From Alphaproteobacteria bacterium (GTDB lineage Bacteria; Pseudomonadota; Alphaproteobacteria; GCA-2731375): a DNA stretch of 64,000 nt. The position numbers and the translations under genes were made by a program. The notes beneath the pieces were generated by a model, which had not been told where the DNA came from, did no database searches, and was given only the letters and a program-made list of their open reading frames with translations. The stretch is from the NCBI GenBank assembly GCA_965225945.1, contig CBDDBZ010000018.1:23207-87206 (forward strand). The letters are read 5' to 3'. Shown piece after piece: positions 9,313-21,092 of this stretch (the first letter of the stretch is position 1; the number at the start of each line of letters is the position of its first letter).

Positions 9313-10965
9313 TCACATATTGGGATAGTTTGGCCCACCGCCACCTTCCGGCACCACCCAGTTTATGTTTTGCGTCGGATCCTTGATGTCGCAAGTCTTG
9401 CAGTGGACGCAGTTCTGAGCGTTGATCTGCAGGCGCGGCTCGGAGCCGTCGTCGCGCAGTATCTCGTAGACGCCGGCCGGACAAAAGCGTTGTTCGGGCG
9501 CGTCGTAGAGCGCGAGATTGACCTCGATCGGCACCGCGTCGTCCGCCAGCGTCAGGTGGACCGGCTGATCCTCCTCGTGATTGGTGTTGGAAAGAAAGAC
9601 CGAGGAGGGTATGTCGAAGCTCAGCACGCCGTCCGGCTTGGGATAGTCGATCGGCCGATATGCCTCCTTGCGGCCGATGTGGCGGTGGTCCGGCTGGCCG
9701 TGGCGCAACGTCCAGGGCAGATTGCCGCCCAGATGCTGATCGATAGCGTTATAGAGCGTCGCGCCGATGAGGCCCCATTTGGCGAAAGCCGGGCGGAAGT
9801 TCCGCGCCGCCCAAAGTTCCGAATGAACCCACGAGGCCTCGACCATCTCGGGATAGGCGGAAAGCTCGGCCGGGCCCATCTCGTCGCCCGCGCCGGCCAA
9901 GGCCTCGAAGGCGGCCTCGGCGGCCAGCATCCCGGTCTTCATCGCGTTGTGCGAGCCCTTGATCTTCGGCACGTTGAGAAAGCCGGCGGAGCAGCCGATC
10001 AGCACGCCGCCGGGGAAGATCAGCTTCGGCAGCGACTGTAGTCCTCCCTCGTTGAGCGCCCGGGCACCGTAGGCGATCCGGCTGCCGCCCGCCAGGTGCT
10101 TGCTGATCTCGGGGTGGGTCTTGAAGCGCTGGAACTCGTCGAAGGGCGAGAGATGGGGGTTCTCGTAGTCGAGGCTGACGACGAAGCCGACCGACACCTG
10201 ATTGTCCTCGAGATGATAGATGAAGGAGCCACCGTAGGTCGCCATGTCCATCGGCCAGCCGGCGGTGTGCATGATCAGGCCGGGGTGGTGGTTCTCCGCC
10301 GGGATCTCCCAGAGCTCCTTGATGCCGATGCCGTAGCTCTGATGCTGCGCGCCCGCGCGCAGCTCGAAGCGCCCCTCCAGGCCCTTGGTGAGGGAGCCGC
10401 GACAGCCCTCGGCCAGGAAGGTGTATTTCGCGTGCATCTCGATTCCCGGGGTGAAGGTGTCCTTTTGCTCGCCGTCGCGGCCGATTCCCATATCGCCGGT
10501 AGCCACGCCCTTGACCCGGCCGTCCCCGTGGTAGAGCACCTCGGCGGCGGCGAAGCCCGGGTAGATCTCCACCCCCATCGCTTCCGCCTGCTCGGCGAGC
10601 CAGCGGCAGAGGTTGCCTAAGCTGATGACGTAGTTCCCGTGATTCCGCATCACTTTCGGCAGCAGGGAGGTGGGAAATTTGATCGCGCTGGTGGCGGTGA
10701 GAAATTTGAAGTGCTCGGCGGTCACCGGAGTTTTGAGGGGTGTCTCCAGATCTCGCCAATTTGGAAACAGTTCTTCCAGCGCGCGGGGATCGAGGACCGC
10801 GCCGGAGAGGATGTGGGCGCCGATCTCAGAGCCCTTTTCCAGGATGCAGACGTCGAGGTCGACCCCACGTTCCCGGCAGAGCTGCTTCAGTCGTATCGCC
10901 GCGCCGAGACCCGCCGGTCCGCCACCGACGATCACGACGTCGTAGGACATCGACTCTCGATCCAT
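9313..10965 (-). CDS. Electron transfer flavoprotein-ubiquinone oxidoreductase
   Basis: [37 protein letters not shown]-terminal [21 protein letters not shown]. Confidence 0.96.
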   Translation of the reverse strand: MDRESMSYDVVIVGGGPAGLGAAIRLKQLCRERGVDLDVCILEKGSEIGAHILSGAVLDPRALEELFPNWRDLETPLKTPVTAEHFKFLTATSAIKFPTSLLPKVMRNHGNYVISLGNLCRWLAEQAEAMGVEIYPGFAAAEVLYHGDGRVKGVATGDMGIGRDGEQKDTFTPGIEMHAKYTFLAEGCRGSLTKGLEGRFELRAGAQHQSYGIGIKELWEIPAENHHPGLIMHTAGWPMDMATYGGSFIYHLEDNQVSVGFVVSLDYENPHLSPFDEFQRFKTHPEISKHLAGGSRIAYGARALNEGGLQSLPKLIFPGGVLIGCSAGFLNVPKIKGSHNAMKTGMLAAEAAFEALAGAGDEMGPAELSAYPEMVEASWVHSELWAARNFRPAFAKWGLIGATLYNAIDQHLGGNLPWTLRHGQPDHRHIGRKEAYRPIDYPKPDGVLSFDIPSSVFLSNTNHEEDQPVHLTLADDAVPIEVNLALYDAPEQRFCPAGVYEILRDDGSEPRLQINAQNCVHCKTCDIKDPTQNINWVVPEGGGGPNYPNM

Positions 10966-11113
10966 CCGTCTCGCTCCCGAGAGGGCTCGACTGCCGCGCC
11001 CGCGCGCGCCCGCTCTTATGCCGCGCGGCACGATGCCCGGTCAACGCCGCCGATGGGTGCCCAGGCCCGAGGCGGCTGGCGGCGGCGCGCCGGGTGGTGC
11101 TAACGTCGGGCCC

Positions 11114-11929
11114 ATGAGCGATCGCGCGCGCGCCCTCGAAATCCTCCGCTGGCACGCCGACGCCGGCGTCGACGAGACCATCGGCGAGGCGCCGGTCGAC
11201 CGATTCCAGGCCTCGGCCCGGGCCGCGCGGCCAATGCCGAGCGTGCCCACGCCGAGCGCGGGTCGAGCGACGACGTCGCCGCGCCGCGCGCGGCCGGCGC
11301 CGGACTTGGCGATGGAGAACCCCGAGGCGGCCGAGGCCGGTGCCCGCGCGCTCGCCGCCGCCGCCCGCGACCTCGAGGAATTGCGCGCCGCGCTCGCCGC
11401 CTTCGACGACTGTCCGCTGAAGCACACCGCCGCCAACCTGGTCTTCGCCGACGGCGCCGCCGACGCACCGGTAATGCTGATCGGCGAGGCGCCAGGGGCC
11501 GACGAGGACCGCCAGGGCCTCCCCTTCGTCGGGGTCAGCGGCCGCCTGCTCGACCGCATGCTGGCCTCGATCGGGCTCGACCGGTCCGCCGCCTACATCA
11601 CCAACATCCTGCCCTGGCGCCCGCCCGGCAACCGCAAGCCGACACCGGCGGAGAGCACCATGTGCCTGCCGTTCATCCGGCGCCATATCGAGCTGAAGGC
11701 GCCGAAGCTGCTGGTCTTCCTGGGCGGCACCTCGGCGGCGACCTTGCTGGAGCGGCGCGAAGGCATTACCCGGCTCCGGGGCCGTTGGTTCGAATACCAG
11801 GGAGCGGGCGGCGCGATCCCGGCGATGCCGACCTACCACCCCGCCTTCCTACTGCGCCAACCGGCCCTGAAACGGGACTCTTGGTCCGACCTCCTCGCCG
11901 TTCGCGCCCGCCTCGACGATCTTTCGTGA
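11114..11929 (+). CDS. Uracil-DNA glycosylase, family 4
   Basis: [34 protein letters not shown]. Confidence 0.92.
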   Translation: MSDRARALEILRWHADAGVDETIGEAPVDRFQASARAARPMPSVPTPSAGRATTSPRRARPAPDLAMENPEAAEAGARALAAAARDLEELRAALAAFDDCPLKHTAANLVFADGAADAPVMLIGEAPGADEDRQGLPFVGVSGRLLDRMLASIGLDRSAAYITNILPWRPPGNRKPTPAESTMCLPFIRRHIELKAPKLLVFLGGTSAATLLERREGITRLRGRWFEYQGAGGAIPAMPTYHPAFLLRQPALKRDSWSDLLAVRARLDDLS

Positions 11930-12030
11930 ACCATATCTCGTACCAAAGATTCGTCGAGCCACAATATAACCCAGTGAGAGCCTGTCATTTATTGAAAATT
12001 TGTTGATAATTGATTATATTTAGCTGACGG

Positions 12031-13914
12031 ATGGGAGGCGTATCGGGGGGCTCGCTGGTGGCTATTAGACAGGCAAGCTCGGGTTCGATCGACGGCCGGG
12101 AGGGGCGCGCCGAGTGCCGGGCCCGGGTCGGTCGGCGGCTGGGGCTGGTGCTGCTGTTCGCGCTCCTGGCGCCGGTCACCGGCCTGGCCAGTTCGGCGGA
12201 CCAGGAACGGCTGGGCGTCGGCGGCTTCGGCGGCGTCGAGGTTCCGCGCGTGCTCTCGGACGACGACGTTGGTCGCTATCGACAGATCACCGAGCTACAG
12301 CGCGACGCCCGCTGGCGGGCGGCGGACAAGGTGGCCGGCCGGCTCGACAATCCGGTGCTGATGGGCCACTTCCTCTTCGAGCGTTACATGCACCCGACGG
12401 CCTACCGCTCCCGTTTCAAGGAGCTGAAGCGCTGGCTCGATCGCCATCACGATCACCCCGGCGCCGATCGGATTTACCGACTGGCCATGAAGCGCCGGCC
12501 CAAGGGGGCTGGGCGGCCCAAGCGACCGACGACGGCGGAGATCCCCCTGGGCACCGAGGTCCCGCGCGCGGCGCTGGCGCGGACGGTCCCCCGACTCGCG
12601 TGGCGTGGCCGGGCGCACAGGCTCGAGCGCCAGACCGCCGAAGATCTCGGGCACGACCGGCCGACCCGGGCCTGGAAGCGCCTTCGCGCGGAGCAAGTCC
12701 GCCAACCGCTGCAACCCGCGTCGTACGACGCGATCGCCGCCGCCATCGCCCGGAGCTACTATTTCAACGGCAAGTTCGGACGCGCCCTCGAGATCGCCCG
12801 CGCCGCCGCCGAACGCTCTCGCCGCCTGGTGCACGGCGCCGACTGGTTCGCCGGACTCGCGGCCTGGCGGCGCGGCGAACTGGAGGCGGCCCGCCATCAC
12901 TTCGGCGCCCTCGCCCGCTCCAAGACCGCGCCGCCCGCCATGGTCGCGGCGGGCGCCTATTGGGCCTCGCGGGCCCATCTGGTGGACCGCCGGCCGAGCG
13001 AGGTGATCCCCTATCTGAGCGTCGCGGCTCGCTACCCTCGGACTTTCTATGGCCTGATCGCCCGTCGACTGCTGGATTCGGAGTCCCACTTCGACTGGAC
13101 TCCGCCGCCCTTGTCCGACGCGTACCTGCGCCGCCTGTTGGCGATTCCGGCGGTGCGCCGGATCGTCGCCTTCTGCGAGATCGAGCGGCACGATCTGGCC
13201 GACCGCGAGGTCCGCGCTCTACTGGCGACGGCGCCGAGTCGGCTGAGTCCGGTGCTCTTCGCGCTCACCCATCGACTGGGGATGGCGGAGACACAGCTAC
13301 GCTTGGCGCAACGCCATCGGCTGGTCCGTGGCGTGATTCACGACGCCGCGCTCTACCCGATGGCGCCGTGGACGCCCAAGGGCGGCTACGAAATCGACCG
13401 GGCGCTCGTCAACGCCTTCATCCGGCGGGAATCGAACTTCCGCGCCAGCGCCACGAGCCCGGCCGGCGCCCGTGGTCTGATGCAACTGATGCCGCGGACG
13501 GCGAGCTTCATCGCCGGTGACCGGCGGCTCAATGGCAAGCTCAAGCGTCGCCTGCTGGAGCCCACCTACAACATCCAGCTCGGCCAGCGCTACCTCGCCC
13601 ATCTGCTGGGCAACAAGGCGATCCGCGGCAACCTGGTGCTGCTGGCGATAGCCTACAACGGCGGCCCCCGGAACGCGCGGAGATGGTTCCGCGAGATCGA
13701 TCACGGCGAGGATCCGTTGCTGCTGATCGAGAGCGTGCCGTGGCACGAGACGCGGATTTTCGTCAAGCGAATCCTGACGAACTTCTGGATCTATCGCGAT
13801 CGCATGGGCCAGGATTTGCCCTCGCTGGACGCCTTGGCGACGGGATACTGGCCGTATTACACGGCGCTCGACGGCAAGAGCATGGCGCTCGCCGAAAGCC
13901 GGCGGAAGAGGTGA
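12031..13914 (+). CDS. Lytic transglycosylase (SLT domain)
   Basis: [32 protein letters not shown]. Start uncertain. Confidence 0.9.
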   Translation: MGGVSGGSLVAIRQASSGSIDGREGRAECRARVGRRLGLVLLFALLAPVTGLASSADQERLGVGGFGGVEVPRVLSDDDVGRYRQITELQRDARWRAADKVAGRLDNPVLMGHFLFERYMHPTAYRSRFKELKRWLDRHHDHPGADRIYRLAMKRRPKGAGRPKRPTTAEIPLGTEVPRAALARTVPRLAWRGRAHRLERQTAEDLGHDRPTRAWKRLRAEQVRQPLQPASYDAIAAAIARSYYFNGKFGRALEIARAAAERSRRLVHGADWFAGLAAWRRGELEAARHHFGALARSKTAPPAMVAAGAYWASRAHLVDRRPSEVIPYLSVAARYPRTFYGLIARRLLDSESHFDWTPPPLSDAYLRRLLAIPAVRRIVAFCEIERHDLADREVRALLATAPSRLSPVLFALTHRLGMAETQLRLAQRHRLVRGVIHDAALYPMAPWTPKGGYEIDRALVNAFIRRESNFRASATSPAGARGLMQLMPRTASFIAGDRRLNGKLKRRLLEPTYNIQLGQRYLAHLLGNKAIRGNLVLLAIAYNGGPRNARRWFREIDHGEDPLLLIESVPWHETRIFVKRILTNFWIYRDRMGQDLPSLDALATGYWPYYTALDGKSMALAESRRKR

Positions 13915-13921
13915 CGAGAGG

Positions 13922-14467
13922 GTGGGCATCGACGAGAGCATCGACTTCCGCCCGGTCAAACTCGCGGTGATGACCGTCTCCGATAGCCGGAGCGAGGCCG
14001 ACGATCGCTCGGGCGCACTGCTGGTGGAACGGCTCGAGGGCGCCGGCCACGAACTCGCCGACCGCCGCATCGTGCGCGACGAGCGCGACGCGATCGGCGA
14101 GCAACTGCGCGCCTGGATCGCCGATCCGGGCATCGAGGTGGTGATCGCCACCGGCGGCACCGGGGTCACCGGCCGCGATGTGACGCCCGAGGCCTTCCAC
14201 GACGTTTACGAGAAGGAGATCCCGGGCTTCGGGGAGTTGTTCCGGATGATCAGCTACCAGATCATCGGCACCTCGAGCGTGCAGTCGCGGGCGACGGCCG
14301 GCGTCGCGAAGGGCACCTACCTCTTCGCGCTGCCCGGCTCGCCCAGTGCCTGCAAGGATGCCTGGGACAACATCCTGCGCGACCAGCTCGACATCCGCCA
14401 CAAGCCGTGCAACTTCGCCGAGCTCCTGCCGCGCCTCAGGGAACACGAGAGCGACGCCGCCGAATAA
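13922..14467 (+). CDS. moaB: Molybdenum cofactor biosynthesis protein B
   Basis: [35 protein letters not shown]. Confidence 0.93.
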   Translation: MGIDESIDFRPVKLAVMTVSDSRSEADDRSGALLVERLEGAGHELADRRIVRDERDAIGEQLRAWIADPGIEVVIATGGTGVTGRDVTPEAFHDVYEKEIPGFGELFRMISYQIIGTSSVQSRATAGVAKGTYLFALPGSPSACKDAWDNILRDQLDIRHKPCNFAELLPRLREHESDAAE

Positions 14468-15050
14468 CACGACGGAGGTCGGCGGCGCTATCGACGTCTT
14501 CCAGCGTCTCCAACAGGGCGCGACGGCGTCCCGCCGGCAGGTTAGCGAGGGTGTCGGCCAGGGTATGCGAGCTCGACCAACGGACGCCCCGGAACAATCG
14601 TGCGAGGAGCGCCGGATTGCGCGCGCCGACCAACCAATAGCCGCCGTCCGCCGCCGGTCCCAGCACCAGGTCGCTCGCCGCCAGCGCGCTGAACGCGGGC
14701 CTGAGATGGGCGGGTCCGAGATCGGGAATGTCGGAGCCGACGACGACGCAAGGCCGCGGCGGATGGCGCCGGAGCGCGCGGGCCATGCGAAGACCTAGAT
14801 CGCCCGAGCCCTGTGCCTCGCGCGCGAGAGCGGCGGGCCACCAGCGGCCGCGCCGCGCGAAGCGATCGGGCGTCACGGCCAAGACGAGGTCCCAACGTCG
14901 CTCGCGGGCCAGCCGCGCCAGCACCGCCGCCGTCGTCTCCCGGTAGAAGCGCCGGGCCGCCGTCTGGCCGATGTCGCGCGCCAGCCGGGTCTTCACCGCG
15001 CCCAATCGCGGCGCCTTGACGAAGACCACGACCAGGGGCCGCCGCCTCAT
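14436..15050 (-). CDS. DUF2064/TIGR04282-type glycosyltransferase-like protein
   Basis: FVKAPRLGAVKTRLA, QGSGDLG, VVGSDIP, LGPAADGGYWLVG, LEDVD. Confidence 0.85.
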   Translation of the reverse strand: MRRRPLVVVFVKAPRLGAVKTRLARDIGQTAARRFYRETTAAVLARLARERRWDLVLAVTPDRFARRGRWWPAALAREAQGSGDLGLRMARALRRHPPRPCVVVGSDIPDLGPAHLRPAFSALAASDLVLGPAADGGYWLVGARNPALLARLFRGVRWSSSHTLADTLANLPAGRRRALLETLEDVDSAADLRRVIRRRRSRVP

Positions 15051-15715
15051 CCGTAGAGCCGCCTGAGATAGCTCGGTGGCACGCCGGCGAAATAGAGCCC
15101 GAGGCAGACCAGGTTGCGCGCGCTGCGGCCGAGATAGCCCCGACGGTAGCGCGTCGGCGAGGTGACCATCTCCGCCGCCAACAGATCGATCCGACGGCGG
15201 CCGATCGCCCTGGCCATCGCCACGTCCTCCATCAACACCAGGGGGCGAAAGCCGCCGACGGAATCATGCAAGTCGCGGGAGATCAATAACCCCTGATCGC
15301 CATAGGGAAGCCCGAGCACGCGGGTCCGCCAGGCGACGATACGCTCCAACCGTCGGGCCGCCGGGCGGGAATCGTCGAAGCGGAGGTGGAAAACGCCGGC
15401 GCGATCGGGTGAGGCCATGTGGGCCGCCGCCGCCGCCCGCCAGCCCGGACCCGGTCGGCTGTCGGCATGGAGGAACAAGAGCCAGGCCGTCCGCGCGGCC
15501 GCCGCCCCTCGGGCGAGCTGCCGGCCCCGGCCCGGTGGGCTCTCGATCACCACGGCGCCCGCCTGGCGGGCGACCCGCGCCGTTTCGTCGCCCGAGCCGC
15601 CGTCGACCACGATCACCTCCTCGACGAAGCCGTCGAGCCGCGCCGGCGCCAGCGCGTCGAGGGTCCGGGCGAGCGTCGCCTCGGCGTTCAGTGTCGGGAT
15701 GATCACGCTCGGCAT
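15047..15715 (-). CDS. Family-2 glycosyltransferase (TIGR04283-type)
   Basis: SVIIPTLN, VVDGGS, LFLHAD, PYGDQGL, LMED. Confidence 0.88.
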   Translation of the reverse strand: MPSVIIPTLNAEATLARTLDALAPARLDGFVEEVIVVDGGSGDETARVARQAGAVVIESPPGRGRQLARGAAAARTAWLLFLHADSRPGPGWRAAAAAHMASPDRAGVFHLRFDDSRPAARRLERIVAWRTRVLGLPYGDQGLLISRDLHDSVGGFRPLVLMEDVAMARAIGRRRIDLLAAEMVTSPTRYRRGYLGRSARNLVCLGLYFAGVPPSYLRRLYG

Positions 15716-15772
15716 CGGCGCTAGGATAGCGCAAGCCGGCCAGCCGATCCGAGGTCGCCGTCGGTTTCGATT

Positions 15773-15787
15773 GTTCTTGTTTTGTTC
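15773..15787 (+). promoter_or_regulatory. Alphaproteobacterial LexA (SOS) box
   Basis: GTTC-TTGTTTT-GTTC matches GTTC-N7-GTTC exactly, 24 bp before the ATG of the radical SAM gene. Confidence 0.8.
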
Positions 15788-15811
15788 ACATCACGAGTTT
15801 ATCCTGTCGTC

Positions 15812-16900
15812 ATGTGGAACGAGACGACCAAACTGCCGGCGGACGCGCGCAAGGGGCGCGGCGCCCTCAGCAATGCCAGCGGCCGCCATGAAACGCAGGA
15901 GCGCTTTCTGGCCGACGACGGCTGGGGCAGCGCCGAACGGGCCGCGACGCCGCGGCGCACCGAGGTGACGATCGATGCCTCGCGCACGATCATCGCCCGC
16001 AACGATTCGCCCGACATCGGTTTCGACCGCTCGATCAATCCCTATCGCGGCTGCGAGCACGGCTGCATCTATTGCTACGCCCGGCCAACCCATGCCTGGC
16101 TCGGCCTCTCGCCCGGCGTGGATTTCGAAACCCGCCTCTTCGCCAAGCCGGACGCGGCGAAACTGCTGGAAGCGGAACTGGCGTGGCCCGGCTACGACTG
16201 CCGGCCGATCGCCATGGGGACCAACACCGATCCCTATCAGCCGCTGGAACAACGGATGGAGATCACCCGCTCGATCCTGGAGGTGCTCTCGCGCCACGAC
16301 CATCCGGTGTCGATCGTCACCAAGAGCCATACGATCGTCCGCGACCTCGATATCTTGGGCGCCATGGCGGAGCGGCGGCTGGTCAAGGTCGCGCTTTCGC
16401 TCACCACTCTCGACCGGGGCTTGGCGCGGAAGATGGAGCCCAGGGCGGCGACGCCAGGGCGCCGCCTGGCGGCGATTCGCCGGCTCAGCGAGGCGGGCAT
16501 TCCGACGGCTGTGATGGTGGCGCCGATCATTCCGGCGATCAACGACATGGAGATCGAGGAGATCCTGCAAAACGCCGCCTGGGCCGGCGCCGACGGCGCC
16601 TCTTACGTGCTGCTGCGCCTACCGCTGGAGATCAAGGAGCTCTGGCGGGAGTGGCTGGAGGCGCACTTCCCGGACCGAGCCGGCAAGGTCATGCGGCTGC
16701 TGCGCGAGATGCGGGGCGGGCGCGACTACGATGCGCGCTTCTCCCTCAGGATGAGCGGCACCGGGCCCTACGCGCGGTTGATCGCCCGGCGTTTCCAGCT
16801 GGCCCGAAAGCGGCTGGGGCTCGACGGCGGCGAGGTGGAACTGGACGTCGAGCGCTTCCGGCCGCCGATCCGGCCGGGCGATCAATTGACGCTGTTCTGA
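15812..16900 (+). CDS. PA0069/spore photoproduct lyase-like radical SAM protein
   Basis: NPYRGCEHGCIYCYAR (CxxxCxxC), GTNTDPYQP, C-terminal QLTLF clamp-binding-like motif. Confidence 0.92.
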   Translation: MWNETTKLPADARKGRGALSNASGRHETQERFLADDGWGSAERAATPRRTEVTIDASRTIIARNDSPDIGFDRSINPYRGCEHGCIYCYARPTHAWLGLSPGVDFETRLFAKPDAAKLLEAELAWPGYDCRPIAMGTNTDPYQPLEQRMEITRSILEVLSRHDHPVSIVTKSHTIVRDLDILGAMAERRLVKVALSLTTLDRGLARKMEPRAATPGRRLAAIRRLSEAGIPTAVMVAPIIPAINDMEIEEILQNAAWAGADGASYVLLRLPLEIKELWREWLEAHFPDRAGKVMRLLREMRGGRDYDARFSLRMSGTGPYARLIARRFQLARKRLGLDGGEVELDVERFRPPIRPGDQLTLF

Positions 16901-16963
16901 TTCTCGGCACAGATTGTCGCCGCGGCGCGATATCGAGGCGCCTCGCGAGGGAGACGGCGCGGC

Positions 16964-18388
16964 ATGGAGCGGGAAGCGCTTCTCGACATCACTATCGTGG
17001 TCGCCGCCGCCTTGCTCTGCGGCTTGGCTCTGAGACGGCTGCGCCAGCCGCCGATCGTCGGCTATATCCTCGCCGGCGCGGTCTTCGGGCCCTCGGCGCT
17101 GGGCCTGATCGAGAACCGCGAGGCGATCGCCACCCTGGCCGAGCTCGGGGTCCTGCTGCTGCTCTTCACCATCGGGATGGAGCTGTCGCTCCGCGCCTTC
17201 CGCCGGGTGCTTCGGGTCGCCCTGCTCGCCAGCGCGGCGCAGATCCTGCTGGCGGTGGGCGTGATGCTGCTGCTGGGCACCGCCTTCGGTTGGCCGATGC
17301 CACTCGCGGTTCTGCTCGGCTTCGTCGTCGCGCTCTCCAGCACCGCCGTCGCCTTCAAGATCCTCGAGGAGATCGACGAATTGCGCACCGACGTCGGCCG
17401 CGTCGCCGTCGGCGTGCTGATCGCGCAGGATCTGGCGGTGGTCCCGATGCTGCTGCTGGTCGACGGCATGGCGGGCGAAGCGGGCCTGCCCAAGGCGGCG
17501 ATCGGCAAGGTGCTGCTGGCGGTGGGCCTGCTGGCCCTGATGATCGCCTATCTGACGCGGCGCGAGCGGGTTTCCATGCCGTTCGTCGAGGCGATCGGCG
17601 AGAATGTCGAGTTGGTGGCCCTGGTCGCCCTCACCTTCTGCTTCTGCGCGGCTCTGCTCTCGGCACTGTTCGGCCTATCGCCGGCCTACGGCGCCTTTCT
17701 CGCCGGCCTGTGGATCGGCAACAGCCACAGCCGCACCACGGTGCTCTCCGCCACGCTGCCGATCCAGGGCGTGTTGCTGATGGTGTTCTTCCTCTCGATC
17801 GGCATCCTGCTCGATCTCGGCTTCATCTGGGAGAACATCGGCCAAGTCGTGGCGCTACTGGTCGTGGTCACGCTATTCAAGACGGCGATGAACGTCACCA
17901 TCCTCAGGCTCCTGGGCGAGCCGTGGGCGCGAGCCTGGCTCGCCGGCGTGGTGATCGGCCAAATCGGCGAGTTCTCCTTCGTGTTGCTGGCGGCGGGTGC
18001 CGCCGTGGGCGTCATCGGCACCGACGACCAGCGGCTGATCATCGCGGTAATCGCCCTCAGCCTGATGACCAGCCCGCTCTGGCTGATGACCGCCAGGCGC
18101 CTCAGCGAGCTCACCTGGACCGGGATCAGCGGCGTCCGGCAGCTCTTGGGGCTAGTCTACGCGCCCGAGACGCGGGCGCTCGCCGTCGCCTCGCGCGGCG
18201 CGCTGGTCGGCTGCAACGAGGCGATGCGCGCGACCCTTCGCCTGGGCGAACAGGGCGTCGAGGCCTATCAACGTCTGCGCCAGGGCCAAGGCGAGGAGAC
18301 GCCGGAAGATCCGAGCCGCGACGTCTCCTTCGAGCGGGACCTGCCGCTGGAGCCGACGCCGGAGGCCGAGGAGGTGCCGCGGGACTAG
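16964..18388 (+). CDS. Cation:proton antiporter (CPA2/KefB-like)
   Basis: Many TM helices, LAELGVLLLLFTIGMELS, LSSTAV, LIAQD, QIGEFSFVL. Confidence 0.9.
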   Translation: MEREALLDITIVVAAALLCGLALRRLRQPPIVGYILAGAVFGPSALGLIENREAIATLAELGVLLLLFTIGMELSLRAFRRVLRVALLASAAQILLAVGVMLLLGTAFGWPMPLAVLLGFVVALSSTAVAFKILEEIDELRTDVGRVAVGVLIAQDLAVVPMLLLVDGMAGEAGLPKAAIGKVLLAVGLLALMIAYLTRRERVSMPFVEAIGENVELVALVALTFCFCAALLSALFGLSPAYGAFLAGLWIGNSHSRTTVLSATLPIQGVLLMVFFLSIGILLDLGFIWENIGQVVALLVVVTLFKTAMNVTILRLLGEPWARAWLAGVVIGQIGEFSFVLLAAGAAVGVIGTDDQRLIIAVIALSLMTSPLWLMTARRLSELTWTGISGVRQLLGLVYAPETRALAVASRGALVGCNEAMRATLRLGEQGVEAYQRLRQGQGEETPEDPSRDVSFERDLPLEPTPEAEEVPRD

Positions 18389-18654
18389 TGGATAGAATCC
18401 AACATATGGTACCCCTACGACGGTTTCCCGAGTTCGTCCGGAAAGGCGCCCGGTGCGCCGTGATGCTGGTGCATCACAAGCGCCGGTCAACGCGTCCGGC
18501 GGGCTCGGGAAGCCGCCCTTCGGGTCCCATATCCTGGCTTCTCGGGGCGTCGGGCACCCTTGACGATGTGCCGGCATCGCCGACGGGCGCCCTCCTGCCG
18601 AGAAGCCAGGATATGGGATCGTAGGGGTACCATATGTTGGATTCTATCCACTAG
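18385..18654. mobile_element. MITE / fold-back element, 270 bp
   Basis: Perfect 36-bp inverted repeat CTAGTGGATAGAATCCAACATATGGTACCCCTACGA (18385-18420 / 18619-18654), plus an internal perfect 21-bp inverted repeat (18525-18545 / 18598-18618). Confidence 0.85.
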
Positions 18655-18667
18655 CCGCCAGGCCGGG

Positions 18668-19264
18668 ATGCCTGATCCCCTCGCCCCTGATCCATTCGCC
18701 GAAGCTCGCCGCGTCGCGGGCGTCGACGAGGTGGGACGCGGGCCGTTGGCCGGACCGGTGGTGGCGGCGGCGGTGATCCTGCCGGAGAGGCCGCCGGCCG
18801 GGCTCCGGGATTCCAAGAAACTCTCCCCCGCATCCCGGTTCCGTCTGGACCGCGAAATCCGCGCGACGTCCGAGGTCGCGATCGCGCTGGCGAGCGTGGC
18901 GGAGATCGATCGGCTGAACATCCTCGCCGCGACGATGTTGGCGATGTCACGCGCGGTGGCGGCGCTTGCCCTCCCCCCGGACGCGGCGCTGGTCGACGGC
19001 AACCGGTTGCCGGAACTCCCTTGTCCGGCCCGCGCGATCGTCAAGGGCGACGCGCGGTGCGCCCAAATCGCCGCCGCCTCGATCGTCGCCAAGGTGGCCA
19101 GGGATAGCCTGATGCGGGCGCTGGCGGTGGCCTATCCGGGCTATGGGTGGGAGCGGAACGCCGGCTACGGCACGGCGGCGCACCTGGCGGCGCTCGCCCG
19201 CCTCGGAGCGACGCCGCAGCATCGGCGAAGCTTCGCGCCGGTCCGAGCCGTTGCCGATTTGTAA
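18668..19264 (+). CDS. rnhB: Ribonuclease HII
   Basis: [48 protein letters not shown]. Confidence 0.95.
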   Translation: MPDPLAPDPFAEARRVAGVDEVGRGPLAGPVVAAAVILPERPPAGLRDSKKLSPASRFRLDREIRATSEVAIALASVAEIDRLNILAATMLAMSRAVAALALPPDAALVDGNRLPELPCPARAIVKGDARCAQIAAASIVAKVARDSLMRALAVAYPGYGWERNAGYGTAAHLAALARLGATPQHRRSFAPVRAVADL

Positions 19265-19307
19265 CTTTCAGACTCAGCCATAACCCTCTGACCTCACGAT
19301 AGATTGA

Positions 19308-20423
<1,116 letters not shown>

Positions 20424-20427
20424 CGGG

Positions 20428-21012
20428 CTACCGTCTACGCCGGAACGGCGCGTTGGAATCGCGCCGGGACGGATTTTCGTGCGGCAGCATTACCGCCAGC
20501 GCCTGGTTCAGCCGGGCCCGGAAGGCCGGATCGTCGGGCCCGGCCCCGCTCGGCGCCTCCAGCATCACCTCGGCTTCCGGCTTGGCGTCGTTGCAGAACG
20601 CCATCGCCACCCGCATCACCGGCCCGGGGGCACGTAGCGGCACGGCGGAGAGATCGCCGCAGGCGCCCTTGCCGCCCAGGTGCGGCGTATCCGGATTGAA
20701 CACCATCACCACTCGGAACGCGGCCCTGTCACCGCCGACGCCGGTCGGCGCGGTCGTGAGCGTCGCCGGCGGGAACCAGCCCGGAAGCTCCAGGCCCCGG
20801 GCGATCGCCTCCGCCGTGCCGGCATCGGCGCGCCCGAAGGGGCTGCCGTGCACCACGGCGGCGAGCTTGCCGTCATGGGTCGCATAGCCGACGTTTCCCG
20901 GCACGTAGGTGGTCTCGACATCGACGTATGAAATGACGCCACCGGTGCTCTCACAGGCGGCCAGGATGGCGGCGGTCGCGACGAGCGCGACGATGCCCCT
21001 TGCCCTCGGCAT
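20428..21012 (-). CDS. Hypothetical lipoprotein
   Basis: Hydrophobic signal peptide with LAAC lipobox; fills the gap between ccrM and mutY. Confidence 0.65.
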   Translation of the reverse strand: MPRARGIVALVATAAILAACESTGGVISYVDVETTYVPGNVGYATHDGKLAAVVHGSPFGRADAGTAEAIARGLELPGWFPPATLTTAPTGVGGDRAAFRVVMVFNPDTPHLGGKGACGDLSAVPLRAPGPVMRVAMAFCNDAKPEAEVMLEAPSGAGPDDPAFRARLNQALAVMLPHENPSRRDSNAPFRRRR

Positions 21013-21092
21013 GGCATTGTCTCCCGATCATCGCCTCCACGAGGAACGACTGTGAACTGGGTTCGAGGCGAAGACAAGGCACGATTTGGCGA

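Noticed and set aside
14436-16900. Arsenosugar biosynthesis cluster
   Set aside because: The glycosyltransferase pair is present, but the neighbouring radical SAM is PA0069-type and divergent, and no ArsS or ArsM gene is seen
16072-18624. Long alternative ORFs (850 aa here; also 5529..7445, 21000..22766, 30749..32977, 42658..44322)
   Set aside because: Arg/Gly/Pro-rich shadow frames of GC-rich genes that overlap clearly recognisable CDSs
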